From the IMG/VR virus record IMGVR_UViG_3300049460_000128, positions 1 through 64,000 of that record: a DNA stretch of 64,000 nucleotides. One strand, written 5' to 3'. The notes beneath the pieces are model-generated. The model did not search any database and was not told the origin of the DNA. It saw only the letters and a list, made by a program, of their open reading frames with translations. Made by a program: the position numbers and the translations under genes. Positions within the stretch are counted from its first letter, which is position 1. Each line of letters starts with the position of its first letter. Below are positions 1 through 7,961 of this stretch, one piece after another.

Positions 1-58
1 CACAAACTTTACAGGTATTGAATTGCATAACCGACTCCGTTTTGTTTACCATGTATCA

Positions 59-87
59 AGTATAAGTTCAAATGAACCACAAATCAA
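59..87 (-). promoter_or_regulatory. sigma70-type promoter with spacer operator motif
   Basis: Minus strand TTGATT-17 nt-TATACT; spacer ends GGTTCATTTGAACT. Confidence 0.75.
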
Positions 88-100
88 CTTTTATTTGCTT

Positions 101-451
101 TTACAGGCGGGCCGCTTCTTCAGCGGTTTCCACCTTGTAGCAGAGTGGCAACGGTTCGCCGTTCTCGCCCTTGCAGAAGTCGTCATGGCGATTGGCATGG
201 CTCAGCATTTCAGCACAACCACGGCAGTAGAATTTCATGCTACCACGATTGTACCAGGTAGCTGATGCTGGCCGCAGGCATGCGCTATAGAAGCAGGTGC
301 CGCCATAAAGGCCAGCATCGGCCGGCTTCTTAGGCCGCTCATAGCGCAACGTGTCTTCACTTTTGGGAACCGACGCCCTGGAATTGTAGGAGGACTTGGT
401 GGATTTGGATTTTACTTTGACGAGCTTGCCGTTTACGGTAGTGTATGCCAT
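101..451 (-). CDS. hypothetical Cys-rich protein
   Basis: 116-aa ORF with CxxxxC and CxxC; TAATG overlap with upstream gene. Confidence 0.7.
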   Translation of the reverse strand: MAYTTVNGKLVKVKSKSTKSSYNSRASVPKSEDTLRYERPKKPADAGLYGGTCFYSACLRPASATWYNRGSMKFYCRGCAEMLSHANRHDDFCKGENGEPLPLCYKVETAEEAARL

Positions 452-660
452 TATTGTTCGTATGCCAGGATGGCGAGAGGTTTATCACCCAGCACAGTTG
501 GCTGGCCTTTGATTGCATTTGCGAGTTCATTGCGTGCCGAATCTTTCATCGACAGTTCACCCATTACCTGCGAGCGTGCCGTCTCGATATCACTTGCGAC
601 CGCAATAAAGCGGCCAATATCAGTGTCCCACAGGTAGACCGTCAAAGCATTGGTTGCCAT
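451..660 (-). CDS. hypothetical protein
   Basis: Start reassigned to MATNAL (ATG at 660, preceded by GGAGG). Confidence 0.75.
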   Translation of the reverse strand: MATNALTVYLWDTDIGRFIAVASDIETARSQVMGELSMKDSARNELANAIKGQPTVLGDKPLAILAYEQ

Positions 661-682
661 ATTTCCTCCAAGTAGATACCAC

Positions 683-711
683 ATTATAGGTTCAAATGAA
701 CCAAAGATCAA
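683..711 (-). promoter_or_regulatory. sigma70-type promoter with palindromic operator
   Basis: TTGATC-17-TATAAT; spacer contains GGTTCATTTGAACC. Confidence 0.8.
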
Positions 712-712
712 C

Positions 713-737
713 AAAAAAGCCACACTAGGTGGCTTTT
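713..737 (-). terminator. intrinsic terminator
   Basis: AAAAGCCAC-CTAGT-GTGGCTTTTTT on minus strand. Confidence 0.75.
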
Positions 738-757
738 AGGATCACACGCTGGTACCA

Positions 758-905
758 GTGACATGAAACCTTTACGCGCCAGAGCACCATTTCTGGTAGG
801 TCTACACTTGGGCACTCCGGAGCTCGTGCGCTTCTCCGGATAGGTTGATAGGACTATCTCAACAGCAGGCGATTTACGGTGTCCACCGCCACGTTTCCGT
901 GTCAC
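758..905 (-). ncRNA. candidate structured ncRNA
   Basis: Intergenic; closing helix GTGACACGGAAAC/GTTTCATGTCAC with several internal hairpins. Confidence 0.5.
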
Positions 906-947
906 CTAACCGCATGGTAATACGTCTGGTACTACCATGCAAGCTTT

Positions 948-1505
948 TTAGTCAGCATCAAAAGCACTGACGTATACTGGGCGACCCACCAGCTTAACCA
1001 GTTCCGCTGAAGCAGTTGCACGATCAAAACGGTTGCGGATACGTGGGTTGGTGCTGAACGTGTAACCGGTGCCCATGTGGCCGGGCTGGTATTGGTACGA
1101 CTTGCCAGCTTGCAGATCTGCAACGATCTTATTAAGGTCTTCTGGAGTGAAGAAACGCTTGGCAGGGCCCAGGTTGAATTCGCGGGAATTTGCCAGACGT
1201 GCTTGAGCAGCTTTGACACGCTCGATTTGTTCAGGAAGCTCTTTGGCGATAGCCGCGGCAGTATCGATATAAAAGCTATCATCGTGGCCACGGCGGCTGA
1301 ACGTGAATTCTTTGCCTTGTGCTTTGTACTTGGTATCGCAGCTTGGCGCACGATCGTTGCCGTTCCAGAAGCTGAATACGACGCTCATACCTTCGCCTTC
1401 GCGGATAAACAGCATGACGTCTTCCTCGCCGGGAATCACCATTCCGTTGTATTGTGGAGCCAGAGTTTGCAGTAGGGCAGTTACTTGATCACGAAAAGTT
1501 GTCAT
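948..1505 (-). CDS. hypothetical protein
   Basis: 185-aa ORF, AGGAGG RBS, upstream promoter. Confidence 0.8.
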   Translation of the reverse strand: MTTFRDQVTALLQTLAPQYNGMVIPGEEDVMLFIREGEGMSVVFSFWNGNDRAPSCDTKYKAQGKEFTFSRRGHDDSFYIDTAAAIAKELPEQIERVKAAQARLANSREFNLGPAKRFFTPEDLNKIVADLQAGKSYQYQPGHMGTGYTFSTNPRIRNRFDRATASAELVKLVGRPVYVSAFDAD

Positions 1506-1530
1506 ATTACCTCCTGTTTATCATGTTCGT

Positions 1531-1559
1531 ATGATAAGTTCATTTGGTGTTTTAGTCAA
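1531..1559 (-). promoter_or_regulatory. sigma70-type promoter, operator in reverse orientation
   Basis: TTGACT-17-TATCAT; spacer ends ACACCAAATGAACT. Confidence 0.7.
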
Positions 1560-2077
1560 GCATCTCGCTCGAAAAGGATGACTTCCGGATGACGTGCTGC
1601 GGCAGCAGTCATCATCCGACGCAGATACAATTCGCCGTCGGGTTCATAACGAGAATTCGAGATGTTTCGTTTGCTGGACTTAGCATATTGGAACAATGCC
1701 TCAACGATCGCTTTGGAGACACCGCCCTGCTTGTATTCATCATGGGTGCTAATGTAGCCCACACCGATGGAATTTTCATGCCAAACAGTCGTCTCTGATA
1801 TGGCCGCAACGCCGACCAATTGCTCACCGCGTAAAGCCGCAAAATAGGTACGACTTTGAGTGTTCAGGTTGTGACGATTGAAGTTCCAGATATGATCGCC
1901 GACGTCAGCGTCGCGAAGGATGTAAAGGTCTTCGTAGGTCTTAATGATGCGAACTTCAATTGGCTTAGCCCAGTTCGCATCAACTTCACGTTGCCGTGCT
2001 TGCGCCTCAGTGCCGTGTTCTGGACAGTCTGGATCTTCAGCGATCCAAGGGCCACCAATAATATAGCATTCGCACAT
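1556..2077 (-). CDS. GNAT-family acetyltransferase with N-terminal Cys/His motif
   Basis: LVGVAAI...YISTHDEYKQGGVSKAIVEAL (acetyl-CoA motif A-like); N-term CEC...CPEHG. Confidence 0.7.
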   Translation of the reverse strand: MCECYIIGGPWIAEDPDCPEHGTEAQARQREVDANWAKPIEVRIIKTYEDLYILRDADVGDHIWNFNRHNLNTQSRTYFAALRGEQLVGVAAISETTVWHENSIGVGYISTHDEYKQGGVSKAIVEALFQYAKSSKRNISNSRYEPDGELYLRRMMTAAAARHPEVILFERDA

Positions 2078-2099
2078 GATTCCTCCAAAAGTTGATTAC

Positions 2100-2128
2100 A
2101 TTGTACGTTCATTTGGGCCATTAATCAA
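2100..2128 (-). promoter_or_regulatory. sigma70-type promoter, operator in reverse orientation
   Basis: TTGATT-17-TACAAT; spacer ends GGCCCAAATGAACG. Confidence 0.7.
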
Positions 2129-2354
2129 CTTCTGGTTGAGGCTCAGGGACCAGCAAGTGTGCAAAACGCAACTTGAACAACGTGGAGGCAGCGTCATTGC
2201 CATTAATGCAAATGGGAAATATCATTTCAAAATTAACTCGAGCCGTCCACCAGTCAATTTCTTCACTGGTAGGTTGGGATTCAAACCAGTTATATATTTC
2301 TGGGTTAAATACATGCCAGCTGTCAACTGACAGATAAAATTTATTGATTGCCAT
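2121..2354 (-). CDS. small hypothetical protein (C-terminal FxL family)
   Basis: 77 aa ending DAASTLFKLRF. Confidence 0.6.
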   Translation of the reverse strand: MAINKFYLSVDSWHVFNPEIYNWFESQPTSEEIDWWTARVNFEMIFPICINGNDAASTLFKLRFAHLLVPEPQPEVD

Positions 2355-2365
2355 ATTGATGATGT

Positions 2366-2389
2366 AAAAAAGCCGCCCGAAGGCGGCTT
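2366..2389 (-). terminator. intrinsic terminator
   Basis: AAGCCGCC-TTCG-GGCGGCTTTTTT on minus strand. Confidence 0.85.
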
Positions 2390-2395
2390 AGCGGA

Positions 2396-2507
2396 TACCA
2401 CAGTGAGGCGCCACTCTCAAAGGGGGTGCGTGTCAAGGAGTCTTCGTACGCACCACCAGACGAAATGTTTCAACCCCAGCACTTAGGCTCGTCACACCAC
2501 TATAGTA
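2396..2507 (-). ncRNA. candidate structured RNA (3' UTR or sRNA)
   Basis: Closing helix TACTATAGTG/CACTGTGGTA, internal GGTGCGT/ACGCACC helix, followed by terminator. Confidence 0.4.
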
Positions 2508-2516
2508 ACAGGTATA

Positions 2517-3257
2517 TCAAGCGAGGTCACGAGCTTTGCGGATATTTTCCGCACAGTCCATGAATTGTTGATACAGCTTTGGATTACGGAAGGCTTCGAT
2601 CTCGCACAGACGAATTGCAATCTCGATGTTCGCCTTGGAATCCAGTTCAGCCGCTGCTGGGGTGGCGAAGCTTGCTACCGGGTCGTTTTCCTTAGGCTTG
2701 ACGCCCATCTGGAATGGAACGCGGTTTTCAAACGGCTTAACCACCAGTTGTGTGATCTTGGCATCGGCTGCCCAGTAGCAATAGCCCGCACCTGGATTAC
2801 CAGGCTGGATTTGCTTGCGTTGGATCAACTTGTCGTTGGTGAGGTCTGCCAAAATACCAGTTGCCGTTTCCTTAGCACCGTGGCCCAGGAGTGCAAACTT
2901 GGTACGAATTCGCATTGACGTGATACCGGGATTTGTTTCGATCAAGTCCAAGATGAAATCAACTTTCTCTTGGGCTTTGTTTTTGATTGCAAGTTGAGCA
3001 TCCGAGATACCACCGGGCAATTCAATACGATCGTTGTTGTACCAGAAGTAATAACCCTTGTGGAGCTTGTCGGCGTCGATCGGCACACGATAGAAAGTTT
3101 CGGTCTCGACCAAGCGAGCGATCAAGCTATTGACGCGATTCTTGAGCTGTTCGGTCAATGGTTCGTCGGTGGCGCCGCAGCGTATATCGAACGAAGTTTG
3201 GCCTGGGTTTGCTTTCACGTAGTCGATGATTTTCGACTTCAGGGTTGTGGAGTCCAT
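2517..3257 (-). CDS. putative DNA-binding protein with two winged-helix-like repeats
   Basis: Repeats IIDYVKANPGQTSFDI and ILDLIETNPGITSMRI, each followed by GYxxW. Confidence 0.65.
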   Translation of the reverse strand: MDSTTLKSKIIDYVKANPGQTSFDIRCGATDEPLTEQLKNRVNSLIARLVETETFYRVPIDADKLHKGYYFWYNNDRIELPGGISDAQLAIKNKAQEKVDFILDLIETNPGITSMRIRTKFALLGHGAKETATGILADLTNDKLIQRKQIQPGNPGAGYCYWAADAKITQLVVKPFENRVPFQMGVKPKENDPVASFATPAAAELDSKANIEIAIRLCEIEAFRNPKLYQQFMDCAENIRKARDLA

Positions 3258-3337
3258 TGTTTCTCTTAGTTAGTGTTGAACAATTGGTGCCAGTCTATAC
3301 TGGCATTGTGCCAAACACCAAAACTAAGATTTCAACT

Positions 3338-3694
3338 TCATGCAGAAACTTCGTCTGCCCAGTCACCCGACAACGTGGCACCCTTGCGACCAAGCGGGGA
3401 ACGCTCCAAAACGCCGTCTGGCTTGACCCATGCCACACAGTTGTCCAAAGCTACACCGAAGGCGACTTTGTCTTGGGCGCGACTGGTTACGACACGGATG
3501 ATATCCCAGCCAAGCTTATATAGCTTTGCGAAGGTTGCAATTTGCTGATCGGTGGCGAGGTTTTGCATTTTATCTTCGCAGATCCACGCAAAGCGAGCAT
3601 TGATGCCCTGGCTACCGCGCACCATATCATGCGTGAGTGCGGTGATAGACAGTTTATCTTCGCGGCTTACCTTGAATGCAATGCGTTGTGCCAT
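3338..3694 (-). CDS. hypothetical protein
   Basis: Start MAQRIAF with GGAG RBS, downstream of promoter. Confidence 0.7.
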   Translation of the reverse strand: MAQRIAFKVSREDKLSITALTHDMVRGSQGINARFAWICEDKMQNLATDQQIATFAKLYKLGWDIIRVVTSRAQDKVAFGVALDNCVAWVKPDGVLERSPLGRKGATLSGDWADEVSA

Positions 3695-3723
3695 TTGTTG
3701 CTCCGTGTCTTTAACGTAAAAAC

Positions 3724-3752
3724 ATGATAGCACCAAATGAATCAAAGGTCAA
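3724..3752 (-). promoter_or_regulatory. sigma70-type promoter with operator motif
   Basis: TTGACC-17-TATCAT; spacer ends GATTCATTTGGTGC. Confidence 0.7.
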
Positions 3753-3796
3753 CAAAAAGGCCCACCGAAGTGAGCCTCTATTGACTGGTTACCAGA

Positions 3797-4825
3797 TTAC
3801 TTATTGTTGACCGCCAGGTAATGGCACAGTGGAATCATTTCATTCCAGGTTTCGGCAATACCTGCCAGCGTAGTGCTTTTGCCTTTTTTGGCCGAGAATT
3901 CTTTCGTCCAGTCATGGATTTCACCGTTTACCGCATCGAAGCCTTCCTGCTCTTCCATCACGTTGCGCAGTGCATCCTTGGCGATATACCGGCAGTTGGA
4001 CAGGTTGGTGAGGTCGGCAGTAGTGCGTTGTTCGACCATGGTGAATTTGTTGCCCTCGATAGTGTACTTGGCGTTCTGGCCTAGGTTGCTGATGGTAAAC
4101 AGCACTGCCAGCAGATCAATTTCGGGATTGGTCATACGTCGATCAGCTTTTTTCAAAGCTGCCATCTTATCAGTTGTAATTTCGCCGACCTTGCGAGCTT
4201 TTTGCACAAGATCGTACCAGGCTTGCTGCACTTCAGGTTTCAAGGCCGATGCAAGCTGACCTTCACGCGGGTACAGATTGATGCCAGTGTGGCTTGGTGC
4301 TTCTTTGTGGTAAACGTTCAGGGCGATATGCGTGCGATGGAATTCAATCGTACCGCGCAGCGTGCCATCGGCCGAATCACCTACCGCCCGAGTTTCGTAA
4401 GATGGTTCCAGGTTCAGGCCCGCAAAATCGAAGCCGGCGAATATCTCGGCCGCAAATGCGTTCGCCTTGATGTTCCAATTACGGCCATATTCGATCATGG
4501 CGTGTTGTTGAGCCACATAAGCGGCCAGTGCGTCGATGTCACGTTCGAGCGATTGTGGATTACCGCGCTGGTTCGAGAATTCTTTTGTGTCGACCAACAT
4601 AGCCTCCAGGCCTTTGTTAACCGTTTCTTCGTAGACGATGCCATCCATTTTGGTGGGAATATCGTTATGCTGGACCTCTACAGTCACGTTATACGGCAAT
4701 TGATACGTTTCTGGGTAGCGAGTACCAAACAGACTTGCGGTTTTAGCTGACATCGGCTCCTGGTTCAGTTTTTTGAAGAATGCGGTCAGGATGTCTGCTT
4801 GTGCTTGGGTCAGATTTGGGATCAT
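3797..4825 (-). CDS. hypothetical protein
   Basis: 342-aa ORF with own promoter and terminator. Confidence 0.85.
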   Translation of the reverse strand: MIPNLTQAQADILTAFFKKLNQEPMSAKTASLFGTRYPETYQLPYNVTVEVQHNDIPTKMDGIVYEETVNKGLEAMLVDTKEFSNQRGNPQSLERDIDALAAYVAQQHAMIEYGRNWNIKANAFAAEIFAGFDFAGLNLEPSYETRAVGDSADGTLRGTIEFHRTHIALNVYHKEAPSHTGINLYPREGQLASALKPEVQQAWYDLVQKARKVGEITTDKMAALKKADRRMTNPEIDLLAVLFTISNLGQNAKYTIEGNKFTMVEQRTTADLTNLSNCRYIAKDALRNVMEEQEGFDAVNGEIHDWTKEFSAKKGKSTTLAGIAETWNEMIPLCHYLAVNNK

Positions 4826-4857
4826 GTTTTACTCGCTAGTGCGTTTAAGATGTTCCT

Positions 4858-4886
4858 ATTATAGATTCAAATGAACCATTAATCAA
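4858..4886 (-). promoter_or_regulatory. sigma70-type promoter with operator motif
   Basis: TTGATT-17-TATAAT; spacer ends GGTTCATTTGAATC. Confidence 0.8.
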
Positions 4887-4887
4887 C

Positions 4888-4911
4888 AAAAAAGCCACCC
4901 GAAGGTGGCTT
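4888..4911 (-). terminator. intrinsic terminator
   Basis: AAGCCACC-TTCG-GGTGGCTTTTTT on minus strand. Confidence 0.85.
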
Positions 4912-4929
4912 CTTGAATCAAGTATTTGA

Positions 4930-5574
4930 TTAAGCTGGGTCTGTTACCGTTACCGCGATAGTAGCAGTCACGGTATTCAGTGCAGTGCTCGTGATCGTAA
5001 TCGTTGCCGAACCAGCAGCTACCGCAGTCACCAGACCGCTTGCTGATACAGTTGCAAAGCCAGTTGCGGACGACGTGTAGGTGACAGTCTGAACAGCACC
5101 AGCCGGAACAACCGAGGCAGTGATCTGACTGGTGTCACCGACCACCAGAGTCATAGTGGCTGGTGAACGTGTGATGCTAGTTGGAGCAGGTGGTGGGGTT
5201 GGTACCACTTCCAGAGCTGCTTGAGTTGCCGATGCCGAACCAAGAGTCCACGACAGAGTTGAGCCATCAGTTGTGTTGCACGAAGCCGACATCAGTTTCG
5301 ATACGTAACGAACAGTGCTCGATGCATCAGTGATCTGGATGGTTGCTTGACCAGCAGCCAACGAGGTTGCTTGTGCGGTGGTGACCACGAGGTCAACGGT
5401 GAACATGTTTGTGCCGTCAGCGGTAACCAGGTACTTGACTGGACCCAGTTGCTTGACGATGTAGCCGGTTACGACTGCGGTGCCGTTATGGAAACGAACA
5501 CGAATTTTACCTGGCTCTGCGCCAAAGTTTGAGTTGTTGATTGGACGACCCATAAGTATCTCCTGAAAAGCCAT
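4930..5574 (-). CDS. virion protein with C-terminal Ig-like (Big_2) domain
   Basis: TLVVGDTSQITASVVP...VTYTSS...ATVSASGLVTAVAAGSATITIT; TAAATA late-type motif upstream. Confidence 0.8.
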   Translation of the reverse strand: MAFQEILMGRPINNSNFGAEPGKIRVRFHNGTAVVTGYIVKQLGPVKYLVTADGTNMFTVDLVVTTAQATSLAAGQATIQITDASSTVRYVSKLMSASCNTTDGSTLSWTLGSASATQAALEVVPTPPPAPTSITRSPATMTLVVGDTSQITASVVPAGAVQTVTYTSSATGFATVSASGLVTAVAAGSATITITSTALNTVTATIAVTVTDPA

Positions 5575-5630
5575 TTCGCAATGACATGATTATGAGGTAT
5601 TTATGACTTTTCAGTGAATCGTCGCTGAGG

Positions 5631-5858
5631 TTATTTGCCCACAAATCCTTCGGCTTTGATGGCCATACGTTCACGCCCCATAGCCTTCAGGAGACGATCG
5701 GCGCAGGAATGATGCAGCTCAACTTGATAGTGTGTGTGACGGCCAATAGTCGCCGTCGCGGAGGAGATCACCTGCCCATGGAATTCTGGTACCGGACTGT
5801 TATTGGCGATGGTCTCGATAGGATGACCACATGCGTCGCAAATGACTTGGATTGCCAT
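5631..5858 (-). CDS. small Zn-binding hypothetical protein
   Basis: MAIQVICDACG...HHSC; AAGGA RBS. Confidence 0.65.
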   Translation of the reverse strand: MAIQVICDACGHPIETIANNSPVPEFHGQVISSATATIGRHTHYQVELHHSCADRLLKAMGRERMAIKAEGFVGK

Positions 5859-5866
5859 GATATTCC

Positions 5867-6004
5867 TTAGTCGACTAGATGATAGGTGAAATAGATATGA
5901 CTGCCGTTTTGGCGTGTCATTTTGCGAGTGCGAGGATGTGCAAGACCACCCAGGGTACAAAAGTACAAGTAGGTGATTTGGTTTGCTGTCGTGCAAGGCA
6001 TCAT
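5867..6004 (-). CDS. 45-aa hypothetical protein (not in ORF track)
   Basis: TAAGGAG RBS then MMPCTTANQITYLYFCTLGGLAHPRTRK...; directly after promoter. Confidence 0.6.
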   Translation of the reverse strand: MMPCTTANQITYLYFCTLGGLAHPRTRKMTRQNGSHIYFTYHLVD

Positions 6005-6025
6005 GCGCTCCTTAATAGATGTTCC

Positions 6026-6054
6026 ATTATAGAGCCACATGAACGAAAAATCAA
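6026..6054 (-). promoter_or_regulatory. sigma70-type promoter with operator variant
   Basis: TTGATT-17-TATAAT; spacer ends CGTTCATGTGGCTC. Confidence 0.7.
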
Positions 6055-6188
6055 CTATTGTCTTTCCCTCGATTCGTCTTGATGATGAACCAGAAATTCA
6101 GTCCACACGTTAGTACCAGGGCAATTGTTGCCACCGTGACTTGGAAAACTACGCCCGCGCACTCGGCCATCATTACTTGAATTTCCAT
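6051..6188 (-). CDS. small membrane protein
   Basis: MEIQVMMAE..., one hydrophobic stretch, GGAG RBS. Confidence 0.5.
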   Translation of the reverse strand: MEIQVMMAECAGVVFQVTVATIALVLTCGLNFWFIIKTNRGKDNS

Positions 6189-6247
6189 ACAAGTGTCTCC
6201 TGTTATTTTCCACCAATATAGCATGATATGGTATTTAGAAGACAAAT

Positions 6248-6275
6248 AAAAAAGCCCGCCGAAGCGAGCTTTTTT
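6248..6275 (-). terminator. intrinsic terminator ending the tmRNA operon
   Basis: AAAAAAGCTCGC-TTCG-GCGGGCTTTTTT. Confidence 0.85.
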
Positions 6276-6280
6276 GAGAC

Positions 6281-6606
6281 TTGGATGATGAGGTATGTCT
6301 CTACCCCCACCGTTTAGGCTGCTACAGCCTGACGGAACGAAGAATCGTTTGCATTTACAACGTGCCGACTTTTATTTTCGTGAATCATCGACTTTCACGT
6401 GTTGTCATCTTCGGCTTATTCACCCTGTCGAAACCAGGTCAGGCCCATCATATAAGATTCTCTCGCTTACGTCTCGCGGGATACTGCGCTTTATCCTGAT
6501 AGTGGCCAGCGAAGTTTATCATGCGCTGCTGGTCTAACCTACCGAAAATCTATATGGTGGACCTGTGGGGAATCGAACCCCAGTCCAGAATGCCTCTACG
6601 TCCAAA
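6281..6606 (-). ncRNA. ssrA: tmRNA, circularly permuted (two-piece)
   Basis: Acceptor piece ...GGACTGGGGTTCGATTCCCCACAGGTCCACCA ends at 6555; coding piece starts GGGCCTGACCTGGTTTCGAC at 6446; G3:U70 pair; tag ORF 6352-6314 = ANDSSFRQAVAA*. Confidence 0.92.
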
Positions 6607-6668
6607 TCTGTCAGTTGCCTGACCACAACAATGTAATGCGCCTATCAGGCGGGGTAAGCCCCGTCATC

Positions 6669-6750
6669 AATGCGTATTGGTTAGAATACGTTTCCCCTGT
6701 GACCGCTCGAAGTGTCACCCCTGTACTCAGTACCCTAACCAATAAACATT
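6669..6750 (-). ncRNA. candidate small structured RNA
   Basis: Long closing helix AATGTTTATTGGTTAG/CTAACCAATACGCATT with two inner hairpins. Confidence 0.5.
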
Positions 6751-6759
6751 TGCAAAATC

Positions 6760-6898
6760 GTTTAAGCGTGAAGGGAGTCGAACCCTTGAGCGCCCTGCCG
6801 CTACGTTACCGTAGTGTCTGACTCGAACAGACCACTAGGCTCTCCATGCTCTAGTATGTACTCAACCGGGAGATGCCTACCACCCACTGGACCTAAAC
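6760..6898 (-). ncRNA. tRNA-like RNA with two T-loop hairpins
   Basis: 7-bp closing stem GTTTAGG/CTTAAAC; GTCTG-TTCGAGT-CAGAC and GGG-TTCGACT-CCC hairpins. Confidence 0.6.
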
Positions 6899-6936
6899 TT
6901 TTTGCTGGTGACACATTACTGCATCACCAAGACCAC

Positions 6937-6965
6937 AGTATATGGCAATCCATACATGCGGTCAA
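6937..6965 (-). promoter_or_regulatory. sigma70-type promoter of the ncRNA/tmRNA operon
   Basis: TTGACC-17-TATACT. Confidence 0.75.
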
Positions 6966-6984
6966 GCATTATTTACCACTTTGT

Positions 6985-7890
6985 TTAATTCATATGCGAA
7001 TAATCATCTGCCATATGAGTGCGCAGCTTCTTCAAAGCCGCCACCTCAATCTGACGAACACGTTCGCATGAAATATTGTACTTGTCTGCCATCGCCCGCA
7101 ACGGCACACCAGCCCCTTCATCATTTACCAGGAAACGTTGCTCGATGATATACTGCTCGCGTTCGTTCAACTTTTCCATGTACTTCTGGAGGCCGGTTGT
7201 CTGAAGTTCAACCATACGCATACTGGACAATACGTTGGTGGGTTCCAGCGTGTCGTCACTCAGATAATGGTATACGAAGTCATCCATATCAGCACTGTCA
7301 AGGAACTGATTGGTTGGAGGCACATCGATGGAGCTATCACCGCCACGCATACGCATTTCAACTTCACGCACGTCTTCTGGTCTGACCTCCAACGCATCAG
7401 CGGCCCATTTGATCTGTTCTTCGGTCATGCTGCGCCCTACTTCCAAACGACTACGCAGGTTGAAGAACAGCTTGCGATGAGCTTTGGTAGTGAAGCTTTT
7501 CACTATGCGAGAATTGCGAATCACATAGTCCATCATCTCTGCTTTGATCCAGGGAATCGCATAGGTGGCAAAACGCACATTCTGGGCGGGATCGAAGCGA
7601 TGAATTGCTTTCATCATTCCAATACTTCCTTCTTGAACTAGATCATCTTGGCTCATGCCGTAGAATTTCAATTGACGGGCTTGGCTCATGACCAAACGCA
7701 TATAGCTATGAGCCAGTGCGTCAATTGCCTTTTGATCATTGTTTCTCACTCGTACCCACAGCGCATCTTCTTGCGGCGGGGTAAGCATGGGAAACCGCAT
7801 GGCGGTGCTATGGTAATTGTCAATGCTGCTGAGGTTTACCGTAACACCAAGGTTCAATGGCTTATTAATACCAGTAGCGTCAAGTTTCAT
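6985..7890 (-). CDS. rpoH: RNA polymerase sigma factor, RpoH (sigma-32) family
   Basis: DLVQEGSIGMMKAIHRFDP, RFATYAIPWIKAE, RpoH box HRKLFFNLR, region 4 ISCERVRQIEVAALKKLR. Confidence 0.9.
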   Translation of the reverse strand: MKLDATGINKPLNLGVTVNLSSIDNYHSTAMRFPMLTPPQEDALWVRVRNNDQKAIDALAHSYMRLVMSQARQLKFYGMSQDDLVQEGSIGMMKAIHRFDPAQNVRFATYAIPWIKAEMMDYVIRNSRIVKSFTTKAHRKLFFNLRSRLEVGRSMTEEQIKWAADALEVRPEDVREVEMRMRGGDSSIDVPPTNQFLDSADMDDFVYHYLSDDTLEPTNVLSSMRMVELQTTGLQKYMEKLNEREQYIIEQRFLVNDEGAGVPLRAMADKYNISCERVRQIEVAALKKLRTHMADDYSHMN

Positions 7891-7919
7891 TCTTATTCTG
7901 CATTATTGTAAGTTCATGC

Positions 7920-7948
7920 AGTATAGAGCAACAATCACTTGACGTCAA
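7920..7948 (-). promoter_or_regulatory. sigma70-type promoter of rpoH-like gene
   Basis: TTGACG-17-TATACT. Confidence 0.65.
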
Positions 7949-7961
7949 TGCCGTATGAATA

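Noticed and set aside
812-840. H-type pseudoknot in the 758-905 element
   Set aside because: The GCAC/GTGC pairing would need a zero-length linker across a 7-bp stem, so it is at most an alternative fold.
6281-7148. Plus-strand ORFs over the tmRNA operon
   Set aside because: They are shadow frames antisense to the RNA genes and rpoH.
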